This document shows, piece after piece, positions 1-13,937 of a stretch of DNA of 64,000 nt. How positions within the stretch are numbered: the first letter of the stretch is position 1; the number at the start of each line of letters is the position of its first letter. The stretch comes from Felis catus (Eukaryota), in assembly GCF_018350175.1 (NCBI RefSeq), contig NC_058373.1, positions 106,952,001 to 107,016,000 of the forward strand. The letters run 5' to 3'. The notes beneath the pieces were generated by a model. It had not been told where the DNA came from. It worked only from the letters and a program-made list of their open reading frames with translations, and searched no databases. The position numbers were made by a program, and so were the translations under genes.

Positions 1-2760
1 ATTCAGAATAATCCTCTTAAGAAAGTTTAGTGTACTACAAGAAAACACAGACAATTAAATGAAATTAAGAAAAAAACAGACAAATACAACAAGAAGTTTG
101 ACAAGGAAATAGCAATCATCAAAAACAAAAACCCAAGAAATCCTAGAGTTGAAGAATGTGATAACTAAACTGAAGAATTCAATAGAGATTTTGAAAAGTA
201 GACTTGACCATGCAGAAGAAAGAATCAGTAATCTGGAGGATAGGGCATTGAAATTACCCAGTTAGAGAACCAAAAAGACAAAATAAGAAAGAGTGAAGAA
301 AATCAACAGGAATTACAGGACACAATGAGAGGAACCAATAGGAATTCCAGAAGGGGGAAAGAAAGAGAACGAGACAGAGAGTATATTTAAAGCAATAAAG
401 GTTGAAAACTTCTGAAACCTGGGAAAAGAAATGAATATCCAGATCCATGAGGCCCAAAGTTTTCAAAATGGGCTGAACCTGAACAAAGCCATACCAAGGC
501 ACTTTAAATAAATCTGTCAAAAGTCAAAGACAAAGAAAGAATTTTAAGAGCAGCCAGAGAAAAAAGAAGTTACATTTAAGGGAAACCCCATGATACTATC
601 AATAGGTTTCTCAACAGACACTTTTCATGCCAGTAGAGAATGGGATGACATATTCAGAATATTGAAAGAATATAACTGTCAACCAAGAATTCTATACCTG
701 ACAAAGCTGTCATTCAGAAACAAAGGAGGAATAAATACTTTCCTGAAAAAACAAAAGCTGAGGCAGTTCATTACCATCAAACCTGCCTTACAATAAATGC
801 TAAAGAGAGTTCTCTAAGTGGAAGTAAAAGAATGTTAATTAACATCATAAAAACACAAACAGGTGGAGTAAATCTCACTGGTAATGGTAAATACATATTC
901 ACAGTTAGATTCTGCAATATGGTAATAGTGGTGTTGAATTCACAATTGTAGTTTAAAAGTTAAAAGAAAAGGATATATCAAAAATAAGTATAAATGAGGT
1001 AACCTGTTATTAGGTTATTGCACAATTAAAATCATATAAATTGTAACAGCTGTGACCTAAAATGTGAGAAGTAAAAGTATTAAATATACAAATTCTATTG
1101 AAGTTAAGTCGTTATCAGTTTAAAATAGGGTGTTATAAATTTAAAATATTTTATGTAAATCTCATGGTAACCACAAGGGAAAAATCTTATAGTAATTACA
1201 CACAAAAGAACAAGATAAAGAAGTCAAAGCATACTGATACCAAAACGCATCAAAGCACAGGAAAAGACAGCTGGATGAGAAACAAGGAACAAAACAACTA
1301 CAAAATAAGAAAATAATTAACAAAATGGTAATAGTAAGTCCTTACCTATTAATAATTGCTTTAAACATAAATGGATTAAATTCTCCAATCAAAAGACACA
1401 GAATGGTTGAATAGATAAAAAACCAAGATCCAACAATACACTGCCTACAAGAGACCCATGGTAGCCTTGAAAACACACATACACTGAGAGTAAAGGGGTA
1501 AAAACAGATTTCAAGTAAATGGTAACCAAAACAAACAAACAAAAAGCCAGAGTAGCTATACTTAAGACAAAATAGACTTTAAACTAAAAGTGATAAAAAG
1601 ACAAAGGTCATTATATAATAACAAAAGGGTCAATAATTAAGATATAATTGTAAATATTTATGTGCTTAATATTGGACCATCTAAAATATATAAATTTAAA
1701 ACTAACAGCACCAAAAGGAGAAAGAAAGAAACAGTAATACAATAATAATTGGAAACTTTAATAACCTTACTCTCAGCAATGGACAGGTTACCCAGACAGA
1801 GAATCAATAAGGAAACAGTGGATTTGAATAACGTTATAGATTAAATGGATCTAACAGACATATACAGAACAGGAGAATATACATTCTTCTCAAGTGCACA
1901 CAAAACATTTTCTAGGATAGACCATATGTTAGTCCACAAAATGAGCCTTAGAAAATTCAAGATGATTGAAATCATACCAAATATCTTCTCTGACCACAAT
2001 GGCATACGACTAGAAACCAACAGCAAAAGGAAAACTGGAAAATTCATGAACACATGGAAATTAAACAATATTCTCCTGTACAACCAATGGATCAAAAAGA
2101 AATTAAAGGGGAAATGAAGTTTCTTGAAACAAATTAAAACTGGAATGTAATGTACCAGAACTTATGGGATATAGCAAAAGCAATTCCAAGAGGGAAGTTC
2201 ATAGCAATAAATGCCTACATTCAGAAGCAAGAAAGAACTCAAATAAATGACCTAACGCTATGTGTTAAGGAAGTAGAAAAAAGCAGAACAAACTGAGCCC
2301 AAAGTTTGCAGAAGAAAAGAAATAGTAAAGATTAGAGCAGAAATAAATGAAATAGAGAACAGAAAAACAAAAGATTAATCAAACTCAGAGTTGGTTCTTT
2401 TAAAAGATAAAAGTTGACAAACTCTTAACTAGACTAACCAAGGAAAAAAAGAGAAAGGACCCAAATCAACAAAATTATAAATGAAAAAGGAGACATTACA
2501 TCCATACCACAGAAATTCAAAGTATCATATAGGTTATAATGAACAACCTATTCGCCAACAACCAACTTCTGGACAATCTAGAAGAAATGACAAAATTCTA
2601 CAACTTACAAAGACTGAACAGGAAGATACAGAAAATCTGAATAGAGCAATTACTAGTAAGGAAATTGAATTAGTAATCAAAAGTTTCCCCAAAAAGAAAA
2701 GCCCAGGACCAGATGGCTTCACTGGTGAATTTTGGCAAACATTTAAAGAAAAATTAACAC
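1..2760 (+). mobile_element. Degenerate old L1: ORF1 remnant, inter-ORF spacer, ORF2 endonuclease/Z region
   Basis: ORF1-like EWDDIFRILKEYNCQPRILY...ITIKPALQ. ORF2-like [37 protein letters not shown]. Many stops and frameshifts. Confidence 0.9.
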
Positions 2761-3392
2761 CTGGGAATGCAAGCTGGTGCAGCCACTCTGGAAAACAGTA
2801 TGGAGGTTCCTCAAAAAATTAAAAATAGAACTACCCTCAACCCAGCAATTGCACTACTAGGTATTTACCCAAGGGATACAGGTATGCTGTTTCAAAGGGG
2901 GCACATGCACCCCGATGTTTCTAGCAGCACTATCAACAATAGCCAAAGTATGGAAAGAGCCCCAATGTCCACTGATGGATGAATATATAAAGAAGATGGG
3001 GTATATACATATATAATGAAGTATTACTTGGCAATCAAAAAGAATGAAATCTTGCCATTTGCAACTACGTGGATGGAACTGGAGGGTATTATGCTAAGTG
3101 AAATTAGACAATCAGAGAAAGACAAATATCATATGACTTCACTTATATGAGGAATTTAAGACACTAAACAGATAAATATAAGGGAAGGGAAGCAAAAACA
3201 ATATAAAAACAGGGAGGGGACAAAACATAAGAGACTTTTAAATACAGAGAACAGAGAGTTGCTGGAGGGATTGTGGGAGGGGGAATGGGCTAAATGGGTA
3301 AGGGGAATTAAGGAATCTACCACTGAAATCATTGTTGCACTATATGCTAACTTAAATGTAAATTTAAAAAATAAATAAAAATTAAAAAAAAA
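2761..3392 (+). mobile_element. Younger 5'-truncated carnivore L1 3' end with A tail
   Basis: ctgggaatgcaagctggtgcagccactctggaaaacagtatgg, [13 protein letters not shown], carnivore 3'UTR and A-rich tail. Same type as the 22866-24745 element. Confidence 0.9.
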
Positions 3393-3680
3393 AGAATTGA
3401 AAACAGGGACTCAAATTTGTATATACCTATGTTCATAGCAGCATTATGCACAATAGCCAAAAGGTGGAAAACCCCTGTGCATCAATGGGCAAATGGGTAA
3501 ACAAACTGTGGCATGTGCATTGTTGGGATAATAGCTGTAAAAAGGAATGGAATTCTGATACATCTTAGAACATGGATGGAACTTGGAAGCATTATGCTAA
3601 GTGAAATAAGCCACATACAAATGCACAAATAGTGTATGATTTCACTTATATAAATATCTAGGATAGGTATCATTCTTCCA
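3393..3680 (+). mobile_element. Old L1M-type 3' fragment
   Basis: atgttcatagcagcattatgcacaatagccaaaaggtgg...attatgctaagtgaaataagcc. Confidence 0.75.
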
Positions 3681-5779
3681 GAATATCTAACCAGTATGGA
3701 CAACATTACCCTACATTCTGGGCCATATATCACTCAAGGTATTCTCTTACATGCCAAACTCTACCCCAACATCCTTCACACCAGGCTGTAATTGTACAAT
3801 ACTCCTCAGTTTCTCTTGAAGGCTAGTACTCTGTATTTTTCATGTCTAAAACCCCAGCATCTAGAACAGTGCCTGGCATTAGGTAGGTGTTTTATAAAAG
3901 TCTGTTGAATGCATGTTTTGGTGAAAGCATTTTAATGTGTGGGAAATCATTTATGTTTTGTAAAAGTTATATATTTTGCATGATAAAATCTTTGAAGTAT
4001 AGGAACCCAGATATATTAATGTTTACTAATCTATTTTAAAATAATTTCAGTATTATTTCAAAATTAATTAATTTAATGATCTGGTTTTAAAACAACTGTG
4101 ACTATGCTGGATCAGTCCTCTTAAAGATCCCAATGTAATCTTTTAATAGGAAATCAACCTAAGCCCTACACAGGTCACTTTAATGGTGTCCTCTAGATTA
4201 AGAAGATGAGCTATTCTGCTCTCTGCTTGTCTCTGCTCCTATCTCTGGGCCAGGTTAAAATTTTAATGGGTCTGCACAGAGGGCACGATCAAGAAATCAA
4301 AATTCTATTTTTGTCCAGTTGTTTTGCAAATGAATGAGCATGCATTGCCTGTGTGCCTTCAGCAAAGCAAGCATTTGTGACAGCAACTCTGAATAGAAGT
4401 TTTCCTGTTTACCTTCTTATCACTTGTTTAAGTTCTAAGAGAGAGACCTGGCCATTTTGTTATAGAATGGGTATTTTCAATGCAAAGAAAAGAAAAAAAA
4501 ATCACAGTTTTGAGTTTTTACAATGTTTGCCCCTTTTCCCAGCAGGGATGTGTTTTGAGTGCCAGGAGACAAAAGTGTGGCCTCAACAAGCAGAATTTTA
4601 AAAAGAACATCATTTTCATTATGTAGTCAATCTCAATTACAAGCAAATGTTTTCTCTGTGGAGACTCTTCTCCTTTCAGGGCATTATGTGAACCTCTTTT
4701 GTGGATTGAGAGAAAGGATCAGTGGTCAATAGGGAGCAGAGTGCTGTGTACAGTGGATTTTTGTATCCCTCCGTCTCCTACATAATGCGTTTTGTCAGGA
4801 GAACAGCCTGCCATCCTGAGCAGATTTGCTGAATTAAAGAGCACAGCAGGGATAGGAAACTTGTTGCTAGGTGACTGACCGCTACTGCTTGGCGGGTCTG
4901 GGCCGAAGGTGACTCTCTGCTTTTCTTCCACTACTTAATCTTACCTTTTAATCTGCATCTATAATTAACTCTGTTAATGCCACACATCCATTTGTTTTTT
5001 TTTTACTGCACTTCAGGCAACTAATTTATCATTATTTAGTCTTTACACTCGAACAACAAACTATTTTTTCTCCATTAGCGTCATATGAGGTGAAACATTC
5101 TACAGGCAAAAAAGATGTAGACTCAGTAGATACTGTGTGTGATTACTCACTTCCTCTAAGAATTTTCACAGATACTTTTTACTAATCTAAATGGAAAATA
5201 CATTCTTGAGGAAACACTCCTGTTTTCCATTATCTCTACTGATGACTGTGCCTAATTAATGGAAATGTTCTTGGTGACTTTAAATTCCTCTCAATGGTGA
5301 CACGTATCAACAATTAAAAATTGCTTTCTTTCTCAAAGGTTTACATAACTGTTTCAACTGAAACAGTGTGTTGTCTCCAATGTCTTTGCAGAATGTATTC
5401 TCTGTGGTTATCATCGGCCATAGAGCCTGGACTTGGAAGCAGGACCTAGGAATGCAAAGAAGTGGGGACTTGGCAGAATTCATTCTGGTGAAGTGGTGGC
5501 TATGTCCACTGTCTGATGGATGCTATAGTAGATTCTGGCAGCAGCACCCAGAATTCAGCTTGACTGATGTTCATGGTTCAAGTGTGATGTTGTGTGCTGA
5601 AGGAGAACTAAGGTGGTTTTAAGAAACCAAGTCAATGGCATGATTTTCAGTACTGTTCCAAACCAGATGGCCCCACACCTGGCTCTATGACCCTCCTGGA
5701 CATTCTGTGAGCTAAGATACCCTGCCTGATACAATAGACTTTGACTTGTATTTCTACACCCATATAGGCATTCTGTTAT

Positions 5780-5995
5780 AATAGTTAAAAGAGCTGACCT
5801 AAAGACAGACTGACTGCCTGGGTTCAAATCCCAGGTCCACCATGTACAGATCATGTGGCCTTAGATAACTTAACCTCTCTATGCTTTGGTTTTCTCATCT
5901 TAAAATAGTGATAATAACAGTACCTTTTGATTAGGGTTATTATAGGATTAAATGAATTAACCCTTGTAAAGCAATTAGTACTTATTAGCTATTAT
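5780..5995 (+). mobile_element. MIR
   Basis: gactgcctgggttcaaatccca...cttaacctctctatgctttggttttctcatct...aggattaaatga. Confidence 0.75.
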
Positions 5996-6949
5996 TATTA
6001 TATTGATTATATGATAAAACAATGATTTAATTTTACATGTCTAATTAAGACAAAACTGCATGTCCATAGTGAATAAAAATATTAAGACATGGTGCCTTCT
6101 AGGGTTTTCATAGCAATTTAATCACATGATCTCCCAAACTCCTCCAGTTTCATAAATTCTCAATCTGTGTACAGAGACAGGTTACCAAAGATAGTTTAAA
6201 TGCACATTTTCCTTAAGAATGTATATTTTGGAAAAAAAAAAAGACAATGCATATTTTGTGTGTACTATCGGGTTATACTATAGTTCAGATTTAAAAAGTG
6301 CTCAATCTGACCCTTCTAAATTAAGAAAAGGCAGGTTATGAGGCTTTTATGCCAGACATATTTGGAGAGCATTAGGCTGTAATTAGACTAACTGGGGCTA
6401 GTTGGAAGTTGTGATGGCTCTACTTCAGTGGTGCATAAAAGCATCTTGCGCACAGAGAATTAGGAAGCCAGAATAAGGACCATTAGGATGTCATTTACTA
6501 CATTTTCATTTAATCAATTTATGCTCTTTAATGTGATGGCCTAGTTTGCATCCTTTATGCAGGTGTTAATTCTCTGCCTTTGACTCTCTTTAATACATGT
6601 CTATGAAATGTGGCTGCCTGCATGTGTGATGATGGAGATGAGATCAGATTGTTGGGGAAAGTAGGCCCAGACCAGCACTCTCGATCATCACCAAACACAA
6701 TGGGGCAGCTAGAAAACTTTTATTTCTGGTATTTGAGAGTGAGCTAAAAGCTTCAGTCTCTTACGAAGGGTTCCTGAACCTACACAACACAATGAATTTG
6801 ACTTTATTTCAGGATATTGCTTCCTCATCTTTCCTTTTGACCATCAATGATAATGTATTGTAATGTACAATAACAGTTTCAAGTAGTGGCTCATCTGAGC
6901 ACTCATATATGATCTCACTTATCTTAAAAATATTCACAGATAAACCCAT

Positions 6950-7140
6950 TTTTAAAACATTTTTTTAAAATGTTTATTTATGTTTGAGACAGAGAGAATG
7001 GGTGGGGGCAGAGAGAAAGGGAGACAGAGAATCCAAAGCAGGCTCTGCACTGTCAGCACAAAGCCTGATGCAGGACTTGAACCCACTGACTGACCTGAGC
7101 CGAAGTTGGACACTCAATCGACTAGCCACCCAGATGCCCC
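6950..7140 (-). mobile_element. SINEC (Can-SINE)
   Basis: T tract, (AG)n, reversed tRNA-derived head ending gccacccagatgcccc. Confidence 0.9.
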
Positions 7141-8018
7141 CTAGATGATCCCATTTTATACGTGAGAAAACATAAGCCCAGGTGTAGACTTAGCTGCCCA
7201 AGATCATTCAGTGAGTCTATAGCAGGAATGCAATGAAGCATAGATACATTTTCCTTTAGGCTATGCTCCATGTGGCTTCTCTGCTAGTCTTTGCTGATTC
7301 AAATATGGTGTAGGTAGAATAATAAATTGTTCCTCTTCTTGTTTTACAAAAAGGCTAAATGATGATCATAACTGAACGTATAGAATTGTTTCAAGTTTTG
7401 ACACTTTTATAAGATTTTCCCTCCAAAACAACAAAATTATCTTTAAAACAGCAATCAATTTGAGGCTCCATAGCAAGTTTCTTAGTTTGCTAGATAAAGC
7501 ATCCCTGGAAACTGAAGCTCCATGAGGGCAGGGATCATGTCGTCTGGGTTCACCACTACATCCCCAGCATTTAACACAGTGCTCAGTACATAGCAGATAT
7601 TTGTATCATATCTGTTGAACAATAAGTTGGTGAACAAATGAATTACTTAAATATACTTAAAAGGAGAAGCTAGTGTCCACCATTCAGTGCCTGGAATTCA
7701 TTTTTTCCCCAGTTTTTTTAAATGATTAAAATCTAACCTTTAAAATGAATTTGAACTTTAAACTTGACTTAATGTTCTCATTTTGATTCCTGTTCTGCTC
7801 CTTTTAATAAATTCTTGGCTTTTCAGTGGAGTGTGTAGACTTAGTCACTGCTTTAAAACTATGGAGTAAAATGAGTTCAGCAATGGTGTATCATTTTAAT
7901 TTTTCTATATCCCCAAAAAGATGGAAAAAATTAAAAAGGTAATTTTAGAGCCTTTTTGTCTTTTGCCTTTTCCTGAGAAGTGACTATAATTTTGAAATGT
8001 TTAAAATAAAAAATTTTA

Positions 8019-8248
8019 GGGGCGCCTGGGTGGCTCAGTTGATTAAGTGTCCAATTCTTGTCTTCAGCTCAGGTCATATCTCATGGTTCATGGGATCAGG
8101 CCCTATGTCCAGCTCTGTGCTGGGCAGCATGGAGCCTGCTTGGGACTCTCTGTCTCTCTCTCTCTCTCTGTCCTCTCTGCCCCTCCCCACCCCACTTGTG
8201 CTCTCTCTTTCAAAATAAATAAATAAACATTGTAAAAAATAATAAAAT
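8019..8248 (+). mobile_element. SINEC
   Basis: ggggcgcctgggtggctcag head, (CT)n, aataaa tail. Confidence 0.92.
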
Positions 8249-8367
8249 AATTTTAGTCTTACTCTCTAATATTTAGGGAGTTGTGACAATTTAAAATGGA
8301 TAAAAAGCTCAAATTTTAAATTTGAAAGTATGGGAATTATATATCTTTTCCTTTTCCATCCAGTGAA

Positions 8368-8572
8368 TTTTTTTTAAGTTTATTTATCCATTTTGAGAGA
8401 AAGATAGTGTGCATGAGGGAGGGGCAGAGAGAGAGGAGAGAGTGAGAATCCCAAGCAGGCCCCACGCTGCCAGCACAGAGACCAACGCAGGACTTGAAGC
8501 CACAAAGCCGCGAGATCATGACCTGAGCAGAAACCAAGAGCCAGACACTGACTAAGCCATCCAGGGGCCCCC
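8368..8572 (-). mobile_element. SINEC
   Basis: Reverse SINE, tail-to-tail with the previous copy. Confidence 0.9.
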
Positions 8573-10088
8573 CGTCTAATGAATTTTTTAAGAAATGTAA
8601 TAAATAGCTATATTTATGTATCAGGAGCCATTATTAAATTAGCTTGTCATTCTAATATAGTTAAAGAAAATTATCATCAAATAAAGTTCATTAATAAACT
8701 TTGACATTTGGTGATTATCTCTGATTTTGCAGTAGTGAGTCTGTTTTTCACAGAGTGCTAAAAACTCAACTTAGTTAATAAGTTCTGCTAAATGACATAA
8801 GTATGCATAATGAAAGCTATGCACTAATATGTTTATTTTAATGTTCCTTTTGCATCTGTTAAAAACCTAACACTAATTATTATTTTTCTGCAATAATTCT
8901 TTGCAGTTTTTTCAGAAATTTATGAATATTTGTGTGGAATAAGCTTTCTATTTTGCTATTTTCCCCACATTATGTGTCTGTTTTGTATTAACCTTATAAT
9001 ATTAATGTGATTCCATGCCTAATAGGTAAAGATTGTTTAAATACAAAAACTCCAATCAATAGGAAAGATGTTTTATAATGGTCTTCATTTTAAAAAGGAA
9101 TATATCTTATAATTAGATTAATGTCATCTTATAGTATGAACACTAGTCACTAGGATTTGGTGTAAATCAATGTAATTTTAAAAGTACTTGAAAATCACTG
9201 AACAAATTAGATTCACCAAATGGTATATCAACTCAAAAGAATATGTGCAGCATTAAGGGACTTCATGTAGCTTTTTTACAAATAGAATGATATGCCAACT
9301 TGTTCTATAGCCTTCAGTACATAAATGCTAGCATCTAATCAAATCAAAAGTTCAATTGCTCTTGGTAAAAATGCTTCTTTTGGAAAGTTATTTTTAAAAG
9401 GTATAATTCTGTTTTCTTTCTGTTTGTGTGATGGTATTTCATACCTAAAAGACTTTACTAATTTCTCAAAAATTCTTAGAAAACCTTGCATGTTGATCAA
9501 TAGATTCAAATAAAGTAAGTTTTAAAATTTTCTTTTTGGTTTACTCCTCAAAGTGCTGTGTTAACTGTGTTAGACAAAGTGTAGTGATAATGAAGCATCT
9601 AGTGTGATATAAAACAGATTGTGGTCCTGTGCAGATAGTATAATTCATTCATTTTTTACCTTCTTCCCTCACAAATATTTGTGCCAGGTGTGTTGAATTC
9701 TGAGGTTTCTCTCTAAATAGAAAGGAGCCTCTTCATATTTTTTCCTGAGGATCTTTAAGAAATAAATTTATTGTTTTCATGTCTCTTCTTCCAAAACATT
9801 CAAAAAAGTGGTAATTCCATTTTTGGATACAATACATGTAATAACGAAATTCCTTGGCAGAGTATCAAGTTTTTAAACTTTTTTTAAGTGAGAAAATGAA
9901 TGTTTAGAATGAGGAATTAACAATAAAGTACAGATACCTACTGCAAATATCACAAAATCTAGAAAAGTTAATTTAATTAATTGCCTAAGAAGCCTGTATA
10001 ATACATTTTACCCAGTATTTTTATAGGAACATTTTTGAAAATTCTTTTCAAATTTCTTTCCAATACCAGCTATAAAAGATGTATTTGT

Positions 10089-10222
10089 TCAGGCTCTGTG
10101 ATGACACCTTAGAGACTGAAGCCTGCTTTGAATTCTGTGTCTTTTTCTCTCTCCACCCCTCCCCTGTTCATGCTCTGTCTCTCTCACTCTCTCTCACAAA
10201 TAAGCGTTAAAAAAAATTTTTT
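10089..10222 (+). mobile_element. 5'-truncated SINEC
   Basis: SINE 3' half with TSD atgtatttgtt on both sides. Confidence 0.8.
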
Positions 10223-10289
10223 TAATGTATTTGTTGCTTGTACATTTCTTATAGGCTTGTTACAAACACAGGAGTCTGACAAATTCTAT

Positions 10290-10590
10290 TTCACGTGGTT
10301 ACTATAAAAAAAATGTTCCTTTCCATGCATGTGTCTACATTGAGTATCTCACAACATGGCAATTAGCAATGCAAGAGGAAGTGCATGCAGGCAAGAGGGC
10401 AAGAGAGAGCACAGCAGCAAGAGAGAACAAGCTAGCAAGAAGCCAGTCTCTTGTAACCTAATCACAGAAATGTCATCCCTTCACCATTCAGTTGGAAGGA
10501 ATCCCTAGAACCCACCCACACTCGAGAGAAAGTAATTACACAGGGTGTGAATACCAGGTTGCATCATTCTATAAGCTGCCTGTCACAGCA
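10290..10590. mobile_element. MLT1-type (MaLR) LTR fragment
   Basis: ctcacaacatggc...gtaacctaatcacagaa...cacagggtgtgaataccagg motifs typical of MLT1 (from recall). Confidence 0.6.
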
Positions 10591-11100
10591 CCATAGGACA
10601 ACTTCATATGGTACTGTGGACTGTGGCCTTATACCTTCCTGTCACGCTGCTGGCTAAGCAGGCTCAGTGGGCCATGAGAGCATATTGAAAGCCATTCCAA
10701 CACTATTCTGACTCTAACAATGCCTTAAATAGACATGCAAGTAACTTCAAGCTACCTATATAGACCCCATTAAACTCAAAAAAGATGTACCTCCTTTCAT
10801 TTGTCCTTCATCTGAATCCCCAACATGCCACTGGCTACTCCATCACCACTTCACACAGGTGGCCTTAACTGATTACAGTTAAATACCTTAGTCTTACAAA
10901 TTTTCCAAAAGCATAACATCAGAAGGGGTCAAAGAATTGCTTAAGTTTTGGTAGGTTTGCCAAAAATCTGCCTCTGAATGGAAGTCATCATTATTGACTA
11001 GGTCGATACAGAAAAATGACATAAAGGAGATAATTTAGAAATTACCTTGAAGACTAGTTTCCATTGCTTGTTTTAAGCCCCTGAAAAATCATAGTGACTT

Positions 11101-13937
11101 CTTTAAACTTTTTAATTCCAGTTAATTATATTAGTTTCAGGTGTACAATATAGCAATTCAACAATTCCATACACCACCTGGTGCTCATCACAAGTGCACT
11201 CCTTAATCTCCATCACCTATTTAACCCCCTCCCCCCATTGACCTCCCCTCTGGTAACCATGTTTGTTCTCTATAATTAACAGTCTGTTTCTTAATTTGTC
11301 TCTCTCATTTTCCCCCTTTGCTCATTTGTTTTGTTTCTTAAATTCCACATATGAATGAAATCATATGGTATTTGTTTTCTCTGACTTCTTTCGCTTTACA
11401 TTATACTCTCTGGCTCCATCCATGTTGTTGCAAGTGGCAAGATTTCATTCTTATTTATAACCTCTTTTGCATACAGCAGTTTATATTAAGTTGATGGTTG
11501 TTTAAGTTTGAACCCATTCTTTACTCCTTTCCTCCCCACATTTTTGGTTTGTGTTGTCATACTTTACATCCTTTTATTTTGTGAGTTCCTTGACTGATTT
11601 TTTAGAGAAATATTCATTTTTACTGCTTTTGTGTTTCCTACTTTTTTTTGCTGTCACTTTTGGTCTTCCCTTTCCACTCAAAGAGTCCTCTTTAATATTT
11701 CTTGCAGGGCTGATTTAGTGGTCATCAGCTCCTTTAGCTGATGTTTGGGAAATTTTTTATCTCTCCTTCTATTCTGAATGATAGCCTTTCTGGATAGATT
11801 ATTCTTGGCTGCAAATTTTTGCCATTCAGAACTTTGTATGGATCATGCCACCCCCTTCCGACTTCCAAAATTTCTGTTGAAAAACCTCCTTACATGGGGC
11901 GCCTGGGTGGCTCAGTCGGTTAAGTGGCCAACTTCGGCTCAGGTCATGATCTCGTGGTCCGTGAGTTCGAGCCCCGCGTCGGGCTCTGTGCTGACAGCTC
12001 AGAGCCTGGAGCCTGTTTCAGATTCTGTGTCTCCCTCTCTCTGACCCTCCCCCGTTCATGCTCTGTCTCTCTCTGTCTCAAAAATAAATAAACGTTAAAA
12101 AAATATATTTAAAAAAAAAAAGAAAAGAAAAACCTCCTTACAGGTTTTCCTTTTTAAGTTACTGTCTTTTTTTGTCTTGCTGCTTTAAAATATTTTCCTT
12201 TAGCACTATACTTTGCCAATTTAATTACAATATGTCTTGAAGTGGATATGCTTTTGTTTTTATGGGAGTTCTCTGTGCCTCTTGGACCTGAATATCTGTT
12301 TCCTTCCCCCAATTAGGGAAGTTTTCAGCTATTATTCCTTCAAATAAATTTTCTGCCTCTCCTTCCTCCTTCTCCCTTCCTCCCTCCTCCTTCTGGGACT
12401 CCTATAATATGAATGTTATTACATTTCATGGAGCCACTGAGTTCCCTAAGTCTATTACTATTTTGCATAATTCTTTTTTCTCTCTTTTATTCAGCTTGAT
12501 TACTTTCCATTACTCTGTCTTCTAGGTCACTAATTTGTTCCTCTGCTTCTTCCATCCTGCTGTTCATTCCAACAAGCATGTTTCTCGTTTCATTTAATGA
12601 GCCCTTTATCTCTGCTATGTTAATTCCTTATCTCTGTGTTAAGGGTCTCACTCATGTCTTCCACTCTTTTCTCAAGTCTGGTGATTATACTTATGATCAT
12701 TACTTTAAATTCTCTATAAGGCATTTTACTTATATCTGTTTCACTTAGATCTCTGGTCATGGCCTTGCCCTGTTCTTTCATTTGGGATCAATTTCTCTGT
12801 CTTCTCATTTTGTCTCTGTGCCTGTTTCTCTGTGTTAAGAAAGTTAAGTCTCCTGTTCTTGAGGGAAATGGCCTTATGAAGAAGAGGTCCTGTAGAGTCT
12901 GCCATGTTGTGTTCCCTGTTCTCCAGGGCCTGGCACTTCTGGGAGTGTCTGAGAGTGTGTGCTGTGTGTGCTCTGCTGTTTTGTCTTGGCCACTTTATCC
13001 TTCAGAGGCTCTCTGCCTATTGCGGGCAGTGTTTGGTCCCTGACCTGAATGTGTTGCATTTTAACTAGATGTGCTCTGATCTGTTTGTGAAATGAGGGTT
13101 TCACCACCACTGCTGGAACCAAGGCTCTGTGAAACTCCTGCATCAGGAGATGCAGTGTGAGCAGCGGTTTGGGCCAGTCTTCTGGGGAAGCGGGCACTGC
13201 ACTGGAACTGGGGCAAATGTGACTGGGAGAAGTGGTTCTTCTGGAGCGTGGGGGCATGGCTTGGTGTAAGCAGGTAAGCAGGGAGTATCCACACTATGCT
13301 GGTTCCTGCAGGTAGCCCTGTGCTTATGCTGAGAGGCTGGGGAGGGAAATGGAACCTGCCAGTTCCTTTGTTCCCAGAGGGGTCTTTTCATGAATACTGT
13401 CTCTCTAGGATGCCATACTCTGAGATAAGTGAATAATTTCCCCATTGTGTGCCCCAGGTACTCCTCAGATTGCTGTTTCCATTCTGTAAGTCTATGGGTT
13501 ATTTGCTTGACTTCTCTCCAAGATCATCACCAGTGCCCTCTGGGCTCTATCTCATCCTAGCCCGCTGACTTTTAAAATCCCAGGCTTTAATCCCTTCTGG
13601 TTCCAAGAACTCACAAAATTCAGCTCCTCTTGCTTCTGAAGCCAATTGATATGGGGATTCATTTTCCCTGTGTGTTCCCATGTGTGGTGGTCTGTCTCTT
13701 GCCCTTCTCCATGATTGCACCTCCCTCCCCACCTTAGTGGCTATGATCCGTTTCTCTCCCAAACCACATCTCTGCACTTCCTACCTTCTCTGATGTGGAT
13801 TCTTCTCTACCTTTAGTTGTGGGGTTTGTCTGCTAGTCTTCAGGTCAATTTCTGGGGTATTTAGGATGATTTGATGGTTATCTAATTGTATTCATGGGAG
13901 GAGGCAAGCCTAGGGTCCTACTCTGCCACCATCTTCC
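11101..13937 (-). mobile_element. Internally deleted L1: 5'UTR + ORF1 + spacer fused to L1 3' end, flanked by TSD
   Basis: Starts GAAGATGGTGGCAGAG at about 13936. ORF1 ATG near 12808, ending ...KSALQEILKRTL* near 11676. Jumps at about 11455 to the ORF2 C-terminal tip and 3'UTR. TSD aaatca(ta/ct)gtgactt at 11086-11100 and 13938-13952. Confidence 0.8.
11896..12128 (+). mobile_element. Young SINEC_Fc nested in L1 ORF1
   Basis: CpG-retaining head; 16-bp TSD gaaaaacctccttaca at 11879-11894 and 12127-12142. Confidence 0.95.

Noticed and set aside
4719..4931. 70-aa minus-strand ORF in the repeat-free island
   Set aside because: Non-ATG start, no recognisable homology and no splice partners.
12759..13777. 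Several overlapping 76-127 aa ORFs
   Set aside because: Chance ORFs in the GC-richer 5'UTR of the deleted L1.
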